NCBI GenBank assembly: GCA_005191425.1
Contig: SUPR01000004.1
Location: 34,729 to 66,728, forward strand
Length of the DNA stretch: 32,000 bases
Direction: 5' to 3'
Source of the DNA: Candidatus Helarchaeota ASGARD archaeon Hel_GB_B
GTDB taxonomy: Archaea > Asgardarchaeota > Lokiarchaeia > Helarchaeales > HEL-GB-B
Shown here piece after piece: positions 8,724-18,555 of the stretch (its first letter is position 1; every line of letters starts with the position of its first letter). Position numbers and translations under genes: made by a program. The notes below the pieces were generated by a model that saw nothing but the letters and a program-made list of their open reading frames with translations, did not search any database and was not told where the DNA came from.

Positions 8724-11700
8724 ATGGAATTAAATGAAATGTTTGAGGAATTGCAAAAAGAAGTACAACATTATTTTGATAATTTAATTAAAGAAGTCAA
8801 TGAATGTTATAAAATTGCGCAAAAAGCCAGAAGTAGAGGAAAAGACCCTTACGAAGGAGTAGAAATTCCTCCAGCTGAAGATGTAGCATCTCGAGTTGAG
8901 GAATTAATTGGTCCAAAAGGTGTAAAAAACAGAATTCAAGAATTACAAGAAAAAGGACTGGACAACGAAAAAATAGCCTTTAAAATAACTAAAGAAATAA
9001 TTGATAAAAAATTTATAAAAGATATTGACAAGGCTGAACTTGCAAAACTGGCAATCCGCGCAGGTCTTTGCATTTTAACTTCCGGAATAACCGCAGCACC
9101 AATAGAAGGCTTAGTAGATGTTAAAATCAGGAAAAATAAAGATGGCACTGAATATATTGCAATGTATTTTTCAGGCCCAATAAGAGCAGCAGGTGGGACT
9201 GCAGCAGCTCAAGCTGTCATGTTAGGCGATTATGTCAGAAAACTAATTAAGTTAGATAGATATAAACCAAGTAATGACGAAATAGAACGTTATTTAGAAG
9301 AAATAATTTTGTATAAAAGATTGAGAAATCTCCAATTTCCTATTAAAGCTAAGTCTATTAGGTCAGCTGCTAAAAACTGTCCAATAGAAATTACTGGAGA
9401 ACCTACTGAAAAAGAAGAAGTAACAGGTTATAGAAATATATGGCGAATTAATACGAATAAAGTTAGAGGTGGTGCATGCTTAGTACTTAATGATGGTATT
9501 ATTGGAAAAGCTCATAAACTTATGAAAATAGTTGAAAAATTTGATTTTAAAGGTTGGGAATGGTTAAAAGATTTACAAGAAAAAGAAGAAGAAATGGAAT
9601 TAAAAGAAGATTCTGATCCTATTAAACCTAAAGACAAATTTATTGCGGGGATTATTGCTGGTCGTCCAATATTTTCTCATCCCTCTAGAAAAGAAGGTTT
9701 CAGAATTAGATACGGACGTGTTAGAAATACTGGTCTAGCTGCAGTTGGACTAAATAAATACACAATGAAAATTACTGGGAATTTTTTAGTTCAAGGAACG
9801 CAATTTATTACCGAACGTCCTGGAAAAGCTTCCATTAGTATTGCAGTTGATTCAATAGAAGGCCCAATTGTTAAAATTTTTGACGGCTCAGTCATAAAAA
9901 TAGAAAATGAGATCACTTATAAAAAATATATGGATAAAATTCAGAGAATATTATATTTAGGTGATGTCCTTATTGGTTTTGGAGAATTCTTGGAAAATAA
10001 CCACATTTTAATACCTTCAGGCTATACAGAAGAATGGTGGTGCGCCGAATTTAAAGAAGTATTAAAAAAATACTATAATAATCAAATTGAGGAACTGTCC
10101 ACTAAGTTAAAAATAGATTCGGATAGACTTTCTACCTTATTATCAGATCCATTTTATAATTTTCCAAATGAAATTGAAGCAATTAAAATATCTGAAATTT
10201 TAGGGCTCCCAATTCACCCAAAATATACATTTTTTTGGGAATATATCACAAGAGATGATGTAATTAAACTCCGAAACTGGTTGCTGACCGCTAAATATAT
10301 TGATAATAATAATACAAATAAAAATAATAAAATTTCATCAATAAAAAATATGGAATTAGACTTAAAATCTCATTCAGAAGAGAAAAAAATCCTAGAAATA
10401 TTAGGAATTGAACATTTTGTTAAAGGTGACAAAATAATAATTGCCAAATATTCTTACATTATTCAAAAAATTTTTAATTTAAATGATCCAGAATCAAACT
10501 TTGAATTTATTCTACCGACAAAAAAGAATCATTTTGTAGGAAATTTTTTAAAATACAAAATTAGAGCAAAAGCTCCTTATAGAATAGGAGGAAGAATGGG
10601 GCGCCCCGAAAAAGCAGATGAAAGAGTAAAATTCCATACTTTATTCCCCGTAGGTAATGAAGGTGGAAATAGACGAGATATAATTAAAGCGGCAGAAAAT
10701 AAAATAATATCTTTGGAAATTGTAAATAGAAAATGTCCAAAATGTAACCAAGAGACTATTTATTACATTTGCCCAAAATGTCATATCCGAACAAAAATTA
10801 TAACAAAATGCACTAATGTGAATTGTGGTAAAGAAGTCAATTCCGATTATTGTCCATATTGTAAAAGTCCTGTTAAAACTTATGGATATAAAAAAGTCAA
10901 TTTAGCTCAAATTTTAAAAACAGCAAAATCTAATATAGAGGAAGAAATCCCTGCCTATATTAAAGGTGTTAAAGGGTTAATGAACAGACACCATATTTTT
11001 GAGCCTCTTGAGAAAGCTATCTTGAGAGTAAAATGGAATTTATATATATTTAGAGATGGAACAATTAGGTTTGATTCGGTCGATGCTCCATTAACTCATT
11101 TTACACCTAAAGAAATAGGGCTTTCTCTTGATAAGCTAAAGAAATTGGGATATTCTAGAGATATTTATGGTAATAAGATTGAAAATTCAGAACAAATAAT
11201 CGAATTAAAACCTCAAGATATAATAATTCCATATAATGGTGCGGATTTTTTAGTAAAAGTAGCTAACTTCATAGATGAATTATTAATAAAATTCTATCAT
11301 CTAAATCCATACTATAATATTGATACAATTGGTGATCTCATTGGGCAAATAGTAATTGGGTTAGCTCCTCATACATCAGCGGGCATAATTGGAAGAATTA
11401 TCGGTTTTACTAAAAGTAAAATTTGCTATGCACATCCTTATTGGCATGCTGCAAAAAGAAGAAATTGCTTTCCTGGAGATACTACTATATTAATTAACAT
11501 AAATGGAGTTCCTAAAAAAGTCTCCTTATATAAATTATATCATGAATTATTTGATAATGAAATTTTCTCCAATTCTGTTTTCTCAAAAAATTTACCTAAA
11601 AAGGATATTAAAGTTTATTCTTTTGATTTAGAGAGTAAAAAAATAGTATTGACTGAAATTATTGATGTAATAAAAAGTCCGGCGCCAGAGCACCTAATTG

Positions 11701-12788
11701 AAATAATTTTAGAGGATAATCGGGCATTTATTACAACTTATGACCACCCAATCATCGTCTATGCTAATGGAAAATTTATCGAGAAAAAAGCGCTCGAAAT
11801 TAACTTAAGAGATAAATTTTTAGTTTATAATAAAAATTATTTTGGGAGCACTGAAAATCTAACCTATAATTCTTTAAATACTAATGAATTAGAATTTTTA
11901 GAAGTTCGGGAGAAAAAGGTGATTAAATCTAATTTTTCATTTGTATATTCATTAAATGCTAAAAAGTATCATACAATATTTGTTAATGATAATATTATGA
12001 CTCATCAATGTGATGGCGATGAGGACTCTATTATATTATTATTAGATGCTCTTTTAAATTTCTCAAGGTTATACCTTCCTACTACAAGAGGGGGAATGAT
12101 GGATGCTCCTCTTGTTATTTCGATTATTCTACGTCCAAAAGAAGTTGACAAAGAAGTATTCAATTTGGAAACAATTGAGCATTTTCCACTTGAATTTTAC
12201 GAAGCCACATTAAACTATACCCCACCTAAACAATTATTAGATAAAATTGAGATAATCAATGATAGGCTTGGAAAACCTGAAGAATATTTTAACATTCATT
12301 ATACTATACCAAATTCAACGATAAGTTCTAGTCCTACTGTTACAGCTTATAAAAAATACGAAAAAATAAAAGATAAAGTCAATGCGCAATTAAGTCTTGG
12401 AATTAAAATAGATGCTGTTGATGTCGTAGATGAAGTAAATAGACTATTAAATACACATTTTATACCTGATATAATTGGAAATATGAGGGCATTTACAACT
12501 CAGCAAATTAGGTGTCCTCGATGTAATTTAAAATTCAGACGAATACCGTTATCAGGAGTATGTCCTCAATGTAATAACAAATTAATTTTTACTGTTCATG
12601 AAGGAGGAATCGTAAAATATCTAGAAATAGCTAAAGAATTAGCTAATAAATTTAAATTAAATGATTATATTAAACAAAGACTGGAACTTATTGAGAATGA
12701 TATTAATTCTTTATTTAAAAATCGAAAAAAATCCGTTTTAATTACTAAGTTTTTTAATAATAAAGCTAATAATAATAAAAAATCATAA
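8724..12788 (+). CDS. polC: DNA polymerase II (PolD) large subunit DP2, intein-containing
   Basis: GPIRAAGGTAAA, IIAGRPIFSHP, GFRIRYGRVRNTG, RMGRPEKA, FRDGTIRFD, HAAKRRN/CDGDED catalytic region, C-terminal Zn finger CPRC...CPQC, PIP-like KSVLITKFF. Confidence 0.98.
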   Translation: MELNEMFEELQKEVQHYFDNLIKEVNECYKIAQKARSRGKDPYEGVEIPPAEDVASRVEELIGPKGVKNRIQELQEKGLDNEKIAFKITKEIIDKKFIKDIDKAELAKLAIRAGLCILTSGITAAPIEGLVDVKIRKNKDGTEYIAMYFSGPIRAAGGTAAAQAVMLGDYVRKLIKLDRYKPSNDEIERYLEEIILYKRLRNLQFPIKAKSIRSAAKNCPIEITGEPTEKEEVTGYRNIWRINTNKVRGGACLVLNDGIIGKAHKLMKIVEKFDFKGWEWLKDLQEKEEEMELKEDSDPIKPKDKFIAGIIAGRPIFSHPSRKEGFRIRYGRVRNTGLAAVGLNKYTMKITGNFLVQGTQFITERPGKASISIAVDSIEGPIVKIFDGSVIKIENEITYKKYMDKIQRILYLGDVLIGFGEFLENNHILIPSGYTEEWWCAEFKEVLKKYYNNQIEELSTKLKIDSDRLSTLLSDPFYNFPNEIEAIKISEILGLPIHPKYTFFWEYITRDDVIKLRNWLLTAKYIDNNNTNKNNKISSIKNMELDLKSHSEEKKILEILGIEHFVKGDKIIIAKYSYIIQKIFNLNDPESNFEFILPTKKNHFVGNFLKYKIRAKAPYRIGGRMGRPEKADERVKFHTLFPVGNEGGNRRDIIKAAENKIISLEIVNRKCPKCNQETIYYICPKCHIRTKIITKCTNVNCGKEVNSDYCPYCKSPVKTYGYKKVNLAQILKTAKSNIEEEIPAYIKGVKGLMNRHHIFEPLEKAILRVKWNLYIFRDGTIRFDSVDAPLTHFTPKEIGLSLDKLKKLGYSRDIYGNKIENSEQIIELKPQDIIIPYNGADFLVKVANFIDELLIKFYHLNPYYNIDTIGDLIGQIVIGLAPHTSAGIIGRIIGFTKSKICYAHPYWHAAKRRNCFPGDTTILININGVPKKVSLYKLYHELFDNEIFSNSVFSKNLPKKDIKVYSFDLESKKIVLTEIIDVIKSPAPEHLIEIILEDNRAFITTYDHPIIVYANGKFIEKKALEINLRDKFLVYNKNYFGSTENLTYNSLNTNELEFLEVREKKVIKSNFSFVYSLNAKKYHTIFVNDNIMTHQCDGDEDSIILLLDALLNFSRLYLPTTRGGMMDAPLVISIILRPKEVDKEVFNLETIEHFPLEFYEATLNYTPPKQLLDKIEIINDRLGKPEEYFNIHYTIPNSTISSSPTVTAYKKYEKIKDKVNAQLSLGIKIDAVDVVDEVNRLLNTHFIPDIIGNMRAFTTQQIRCPRCNLKFRRIPLSGVCPQCNNKLIFTVHEGGIVKYLEIAKELANKFKLNDYIKQRLELIENDINSLFKNRKKSVLITKFFNNKANNNKKS
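11466..12008 (+). mobile_element. Mini-intein (181 aa, no homing endonuclease) in PolD DP2
   Basis: Starts CFPGDT after KRRN, block B TTYDHPI, ends THQ before the +1 Cys of CDGDED; too short for a LAGLIDADG domain. Confidence 0.95.
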
Positions 12789-12803
12789 TGCATTAATTCC
12801 TAT

Positions 12804-13658
12804 TCAGAGTTTGAAATCAGGATTTAATAGGACTTTTATTAAATCTATATCGTAAATCATTCCCAATAATTTATCATTTACGTTCATCACTGGTAATTGG
12901 TCTAGAAGGAATTTTCCCATTTTATTAGCGCAGTCATGAATTGTACTTAATTCATTAACAACTTGAATTTGTCCTTTCTTGACCATGACATCTTTTACTT
13001 GTTTATCAGGTAATTGTAATTCTTTTTTAGTGATTAATAATGTATCTGCAGTCCCCCAGCTCCACTCATAATCTTCTGTTGCAGATAAAGAACTTGCATA
13101 TTCCTCTACAATTACTTCGCTTTCTTTCATTAATTCCTCATAGCTTAAAATCCCTGATAAATTACCAGAATCATCTATACATGGAATTACTGTAATATTT
13201 GAAATTTGCATTATATATAATGCTACTTGTAATGGTGTTCCGTCCCAAATAGAAATAGTCCCTGTTTTTACAAAAGGCTTAATTGGATCTTTAAAATTTT
13301 TCTTGGCCAAAATTTTTTTAATAATTAGGTGAACTGTTAAAAGTCCTACTATTTGTTCCCCATCTAAAACTACAATAATTCTATTTTTAGTATCAGTAAT
13401 TAATTTTATTGCTTCTTTAATATCAGTATCTTGTTGGATTGTTATTGGATTTCTATTCATTAATATTGCAAGGTCTTCTTCATCTGGATTTTTAATTAAT
13501 TCTATTGGTGAAACTGTTCCTAGTAATTTTTCCGTATCTTTCTTTAAAATAGGGATTAATTTCAAATTATACTTTTTAATTAATTCAAGAGCAGAATCCC
13601 TACTTCCAGGTACATAAAGCTTTTGAAATTCAGTCCTCATTATATCCTTAACAAGCAA
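12804..13658 (-). CDS. Four-CBS-domain protein
   Basis: VKDIM, LMNRNPITI, IPCIDDSGNLSGILS, VKDVM, QLPVMN..KLLGMI; TTG start preceded by GAGGT. Confidence 0.9.
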   Translation of the reverse strand: MLVKDIMRTEFQKLYVPGSRDSALELIKKYNLKLIPILKKDTEKLLGTVSPIELIKNPDEEDLAILMNRNPITIQQDTDIKEAIKLITDTKNRIIVVLDGEQIVGLLTVHLIIKKILAKKNFKDPIKPFVKTGTISIWDGTPLQVALYIMQISNITVIPCIDDSGNLSGILSYEELMKESEVIVEEYASSLSATEDYEWSWGTADTLLITKKELQLPDKQVKDVMVKKGQIQVVNELSTIHDCANKMGKFLLDQLPVMNVNDKLLGMIYDIDLIKVLLNPDFKL

Positions 13659-13875
13659 ACTTCTGACCTCATTAACAGTTTTACAAGTAAATAATATTTT
13701 AAATTTATATTTTTTTTAAATTTAAACTAAATTTTGGATTGTATTAAAATAAAAATCTCTCAATATTTACTTTTATTAAATATATAATATAAAAACCTTT
13801 TTTAATTGAGATTTTACCACTAATTAAAGATTCTATTAAACAACTTTTTAAAATAGATACATAATTTTTGATAAA

Positions 13876-14178
13876 TTACTTAAATTCACACGAACAAGGT
13901 TTATTTTTACATTTTGGACAAACCTGATTATATTTTTTTATTGAACTTTCTTGTAAATCTATACCAATAATATTAGCTAATGAGCATAACCATGCAAAAA
14001 CATCTGCAAATTCCTCACTTATATTACTAAAGTCTTTATTAATATCTATCTTATTTATTGCTCTTGAAAGCTCCCCAACTTCTTCTACCAACCACATAAA
14101 TGTTTTACTAATTCCTCTTTTTTTGTCTCGTTCGAAATACAAATCATACATTAACTTTTGAAAATCTTTTATTTTAAT
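13876..14178 (-). CDS. MazG-like nucleotide pyrophosphohydrolase with C-terminal Cys cluster
   Basis: TFMWLVEEVGEL, EEFADVFAWLCSLAN, CPKC..KPCSC. ORF track starts at 14151, but the frame extends to ATT at 14178 behind a GGTGA SD. Confidence 0.85.
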   Translation of the reverse strand: MKIKDFQKLMYDLYFERDKKRGISKTFMWLVEEVGELSRAINKIDINKDFSNISEEFADVFAWLCSLANIIGIDLQESSIKKYNQVCPKCKNKPCSCEFK

Positions 14179-14288
14179 TATAATTCACCCTAAATATTAC
14201 TAAATTAAGACTTGTTTTGAATATTTAATAAAAAACTTTAATAAATTTATTTAATTATTATTAGTATAGAATATTTGGTGAAATAATT

Positions 14289-14474
14289 ATGTCAAAAAAG
14301 AAAGGAAGACGCGCACAGAGACGTCAGTCAGAGGGCCCAATGCCTTTTGCAGGTGCAGGGCTTATTAGATTTTTTCAAGATGAGAGTACTGGTATTAAAG
14401 TAGGCCCTGTAACAACTCTAATAATATCTTTGATTTTGCTGATCGGCGTTGGCGTTGCACATGTTTTTCTATAG
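14289..14474 (+). CDS. secG: Preprotein translocase Sec61beta subunit
   Basis: GPMPFAGAGLIRFFQDESTGIKVGP followed by one C-terminal TM helix; GGTGA SD 7 nt upstream. Confidence 0.9.
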   Translation: MSKKKGRRAQRRQSEGPMPFAGAGLIRFFQDESTGIKVGPVTTLIISLILLIGVGVAHVFL

Positions 14475-14524
14475 GATATTTTAATACCTAAATTTTTCAG
14501 GAATTATTAAATAAAAAAATTAAA

Positions 14525-15142
14525 TTATTCTTCAAGAGATTTTTTCAATTCGTCAATTTGTTCCTGTAATTGTTTCTTTTTAGTAGAAACAGGTTCCGTT
14601 GAAGGGACTTCAGGGATAATACCCGCCGTTTCTAGCTGGTCTTCCATTTCTAATCTATTTAATTCTCGTTCCACATCTAAATCTTCCAATTCATCTCCAC
14701 CGATTGCCGTTTCAAAAATATCGCCAACTCTTTCTATCTCAGCAATACTTTCTTCTGTTTCTAGACTAATTTCCAGAGCTCTATCAGATGAAACAATTTT
14801 TCTCGCTGCTTGTAATTCTTTACTAGCTAATTCCATCGCAGAAGTAAGCGTCTGGATATCAGCAGCTTCTTCAAGCGCTATAATACGGTCTTCTAATCTA
14901 TTTGTAAAAGCAGTATAACGATTAGCCATCTTTTGAAATTTTGACCACCGCGCTAAATATTGTTTTGCAGATTTTTTATTTCCGGCTTTTAAGAATTGCC
15001 TTGCCCGTCTATGGCTATCCGCGGCTCTTTTTACAAAAACTTTTTGTCTTAATTCTAATTTATTGATTGATGCTCTTAACTCTGCTATAGCATCCTCTTT
15101 CTTAGGCTTTTTACCCGGGAATAATTTTTTAAAAACACTCAT
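14525..15142 (-). CDS. ESCRT-III protein, Vps20/32/60 (Snf7) class
   Basis: Amphipathic MSVFKKLFPG, basic N-half/acidic C-half, ELEDLDVERELNRL, MIM2-like IPEVPSTEP. Confidence 0.88.
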   Translation of the reverse strand: MSVFKKLFPGKKPKKEDAIAELRASINKLELRQKVFVKRAADSHRRARQFLKAGNKKSAKQYLARWSKFQKMANRYTAFTNRLEDRIIALEEAADIQTLTSAMELASKELQAARKIVSSDRALEISLETEESIAEIERVGDIFETAIGGDELEDLDVERELNRLEMEDQLETAGIIPEVPSTEPVSTKKKQLQEQIDELKKSLEE

Positions 15143-15298
15143 AATTATTGACCATAATTGTTGTTATTATTCTATAAGCTTTTTTTTAATTAATAACTTT
15201 GGCATTATCAATTTTCAATTTAAAGAATTAATTCCTTTTAAACAACTATTAATTCATAAAGTAATAAAAATATTCGTAAGGATGTTTACAATTTAATA

Positions 15299-15322
15299 TT
15301 ATTAGTCGGGTTATTAGTCGGG
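15299..15322. repeat. Perfect 12-bp tandem repeat TTATTAGTCGGG x2 upstream of the Snf7-class gene
   Basis: Read directly; followed by TATAAAAG. Confidence 0.8.
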
Positions 15323-15440
15323 TATAAAAGGAAAAATTGAATTCTAAGAATTTTAAATTTTAATGTTTTTGTTATTTTGATTTATTCCTTAGGATATTAT
15401 TAATTTTTGACCTTATAATCTTTTATATAATATATTTTTT

Positions 15441-18212
15441 TTAAATTTCAATCATTGAGGCATTGATAATTTCATTCATTAATTCTTTTAATTCGTCTAG
15501 TTTATTATTATCTGTTGATACGCCTATAAGTGTTGCTATATTATTTGTTTTTGATTTTGTTGCTGTGAGGGCAATTTTACAGTCTTCTTTTTCAAACAAT
15601 ATAACCGGTATCTCTACTTGAATATTTATATTATTACAAATCCAATTTTTGTTTTTCAGAAATTTATAAGCTTTTTTAAGGAATTCATTTGGGTTTTCTT
15701 TAATTTCTTTTGAAATATCTGTGGAAAATGTTTGTTCTTTGAAATTAAATAAGTATTGATAAAATTTGTAAGTAATGAACCTCTTATTATATGCCATTAA
15801 TGCTGGAATAGGTAGATTAATTTCAATGTTTTGAATTTGGTCAATTTTATTTTCTTCATTAATTTCAAGTTCTGTTCCTAATATTGTTTTTTCAATTTCG
15901 GAATCTGAAATTGAGCTATCTTCCATTTCAGCATTAAAATCTATAAATTTAGATGTTTCTCCACCAACAACTTTAGGTAATTCTTCGTTATCTTTTTGAT
16001 TATTTTCTGTTGTATTTAGACTTTTTTCTTTTTCCAGAGTTTCAACTGGTATTACTGGCTGATCCATTGCATCTATGATATCTGGGAGTGATTCACGTCC
16101 TGCATGCTGACTGCACCTTGGTCTTACATGTAAAACAAAACATCTTGAAGTACTTATTGATTCATCAGCAATTAAACCACTACCCACAGCCATACTCCTA
16201 AAAAAGCTAGATTTTTCTACATCTTTAGGTATATCTCCTGGGATCCGCGTAACTAGTGCATTGATGTCGGTCTTATAAGTTAATAAGTGTGATAGAAGAA
16301 TATCTAATTGTGATAAAATTTGTGAGTTAGTAGCAGCTGGCTGTTGGGTAACTAAAACAAGACCGCATCCTGGTTTTCTCCCCAATTTTGCATATTGAAT
16401 TAATGGTTCTGATGCAGCTGTTTTTCCACTTGAAGGTATTAAAAGATGAGCTTCATCAATTAATAACCATGTTACTGGAATTTCATTTATTCCAGTCTCA
16501 ACTTTTACAGATCTATCAACTTTTGCTGCATCTAATCTCCTTGAAATCCTTAATCTCTCTTTTAAAATTTTTCGTGCTAAAATTCCTATTATTAAAGATC
16601 TTAGCCCCTCTTCTAAAAAACTAACATCAATTACAGAAATTTGGTTAGGTACTGAAAGATCACTTAATTTAGTACCTGTATTTGAAAATATACCCCAATC
16701 TCTTGCTATTTCAAGTCGCGAAATAACAGCTCTTCTAGTCCTCACATCAAAACCTTGTGATTTTGAAGTTAACATTCGAGATTCATTTATACAATCTATT
16801 AGATCAGCTAAAGTAAAATAATCTCCCATTCTAGGGACTGGAATTCCAAATTCGTCAATATATCCTTCTCTTACTTGGTTTATTGCTTTTTCAATTAGAA
16901 TTCCTCTCGGACTAAATCTATCAATTCCAAATGTATAACACCAATCATCTGCAGTTAATTCACTTGGTAAAAGAGAAAAAGCCTCATCACGGGTAGCTTC
17001 AGAACATGAATTGTAAAAACCTAATGGAACAAAAATTTTCACTTTTTCTGCAAATGACTTTGGTTCTAAACCCCATTTTTTTAATACATCTACCTCTTTA
17101 CTTGTCCAATTTCCAAATTTCATACTCCAAAAAATTCCCATTGGATCGACAATTATAGTCCCAATTCCTATATTTGTCTTGGCCAATTCCTCGGCTATAA
17201 CTCCCATTGTATATGATTTCCCAGAACCTCGGTGACCACAAATGAAAATAACATGTGGTTTTACACAATCTAAATATATATCTCTCCCAAAATGACCTAA
17301 ACTCTGTTCTGGTTTTTCACAAACTTTACCAATATATAATAGACCTCGATTTCCAATTTTTTTATGAAAACTTCTAGACCTCCCCAAAATTCCCACGTTT
17401 TTTTCTTCATCAATTAAAATTTCAAGTTCCTCGCTTATTATAGGTGTATAATCACCAAATAAATCATGTTTCCAGTTTTCAATTTCACCAATTGCATAGG
17501 CTGTGGCTATATACAAATCTTTAGCTGTCTTTAATTCTGAAATCATGTTGTCTAATATATATCTTCTCAAATCAAGAGAAGTAGGATAATACTCTTTTTC
17601 ATACCCTGATATTTCCCAAATAAAATAATCTAATGAATCATCCTTGGACAAATCATCAAACGGTTCAACAAGCGTATATGCAGGCGCTAAGTAATCTGGA
17701 TTTCGAGTCAAAAGATACAATAGAATATAAAACTTAAAATCATTGATTGATTCTAACTTTTCTTCAATGATCTCTAAAATCTTATTTTTGTATCTTTCAT
17801 CTATTGTCCTTTTATATACAAAATACAAAATTTGAAAATTAATAAATTTTAATTCGTCAAGGTTTATATTAATAACATCTTCTTGGAATTCTTTAACATA
17901 ATTACTAACTTCTTTTAAATTCTTTAATTCTACAAGTCTATAATATAACAAAATCAAATTAATACTATTTTCATCTAAATTTTTTCTATCTATAGTTTGT
18001 AAGTCATTTCTAGGCCCCTTTGAAAAAATGTTTTTCTCAATTCTTGAAAAAATATCTTCACCATATTTTTCATCGATAGCTAATTTATATAAATTAATAT
18101 ATGCCAGTGAAAGTAGTATCCTTTCATTAATATCGTCTGGATCAGGCTCATAATTCCATAATTGATTGGTAATTTTTTGAATTATTGTATAATTTAACAC
18201 TTTATCACACAT
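15441..18212 (-). CDS. HerA/FtsK-superfamily (DUF87/COG0433-like) P-loop ATPase with helical N-terminal domain and C-terminal alpha/beta domain
   Basis: Walker A GHRGSGKS, IIVDPMG, Walker B LLIDEAH, GRKPG Arg-finger region, VTQQP sensor; about 250-aa helical N-terminus, acidic linker before the C-terminal domain. Confidence 0.85.
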   Translation of the reverse strand: MCDKVLNYTIIQKITNQLWNYEPDPDDINERILLSLAYINLYKLAIDEKYGEDIFSRIEKNIFSKGPRNDLQTIDRKNLDENSINLILLYYRLVELKNLKEVSNYVKEFQEDVININLDELKFINFQILYFVYKRTIDERYKNKILEIIEEKLESINDFKFYILLYLLTRNPDYLAPAYTLVEPFDDLSKDDSLDYFIWEISGYEKEYYPTSLDLRRYILDNMISELKTAKDLYIATAYAIGEIENWKHDLFGDYTPIISEELEILIDEEKNVGILGRSRSFHKKIGNRGLLYIGKVCEKPEQSLGHFGRDIYLDCVKPHVIFICGHRGSGKSYTMGVIAEELAKTNIGIGTIIVDPMGIFWSMKFGNWTSKEVDVLKKWGLEPKSFAEKVKIFVPLGFYNSCSEATRDEAFSLLPSELTADDWCYTFGIDRFSPRGILIEKAINQVREGYIDEFGIPVPRMGDYFTLADLIDCINESRMLTSKSQGFDVRTRRAVISRLEIARDWGIFSNTGTKLSDLSVPNQISVIDVSFLEEGLRSLIIGILARKILKERLRISRRLDAAKVDRSVKVETGINEIPVTWLLIDEAHLLIPSSGKTAASEPLIQYAKLGRKPGCGLVLVTQQPAATNSQILSQLDILLSHLLTYKTDINALVTRIPGDIPKDVEKSSFFRSMAVGSGLIADESISTSRCFVLHVRPRCSQHAGRESLPDIIDAMDQPVIPVETLEKEKSLNTTENNQKDNEELPKVVGGETSKFIDFNAEMEDSSISDSEIEKTILGTELEINEENKIDQIQNIEINLPIPALMAYNKRFITYKFYQYLFNFKEQTFSTDISKEIKENPNEFLKKAYKFLKNKNWICNNINIQVEIPVILFEKEDCKIALTATKSKTNNIATLIGVSTDNNKLDELKELMNEIINASMIEI

Positions 18213-18555
18213 TCTTATTTTTTTAACATTAATTTCTTATTATAATATTAATTATCATAATCATATTATAAAATTTAATTTTTAATAAATTCTCTTTAAA
18301 AAAAATTTAGATTTCCCAAAATAAAAAATTTCGTATTTTTTTAAATAATTATTATGGTAAACTTGATTAATTGACTGATTCTCTGGTTAATTTAATAACA
18401 ATTGAAAATATTTTTGAAAAATTGTGTTCACTGTTTTTAATTAAAGTTGTTTATTGTATTAAAAATTTCATTATTATTTAAATTCTTTTTATTTATATCG
18501 ATTAATTCTAAATTGAGTAAAAAAAGGTCATAAACAAGGTACATAAATTTTAAAA

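Noticed and set aside
14289-14525. Functional link between Sec61beta and the adjacent ESCRT-III gene
   Set aside because: The genes are convergent, which gives no evidence of co-regulation; this looks like the cluster boundary.
15441-18212. Canonical HerA of the HerA-NurA-Mre11-Rad50 repair operon
   Set aside because: There is no HAS-barrel-like N-terminus and no nurA, mre11 or rad50 neighbours, and the protein has extra domains.
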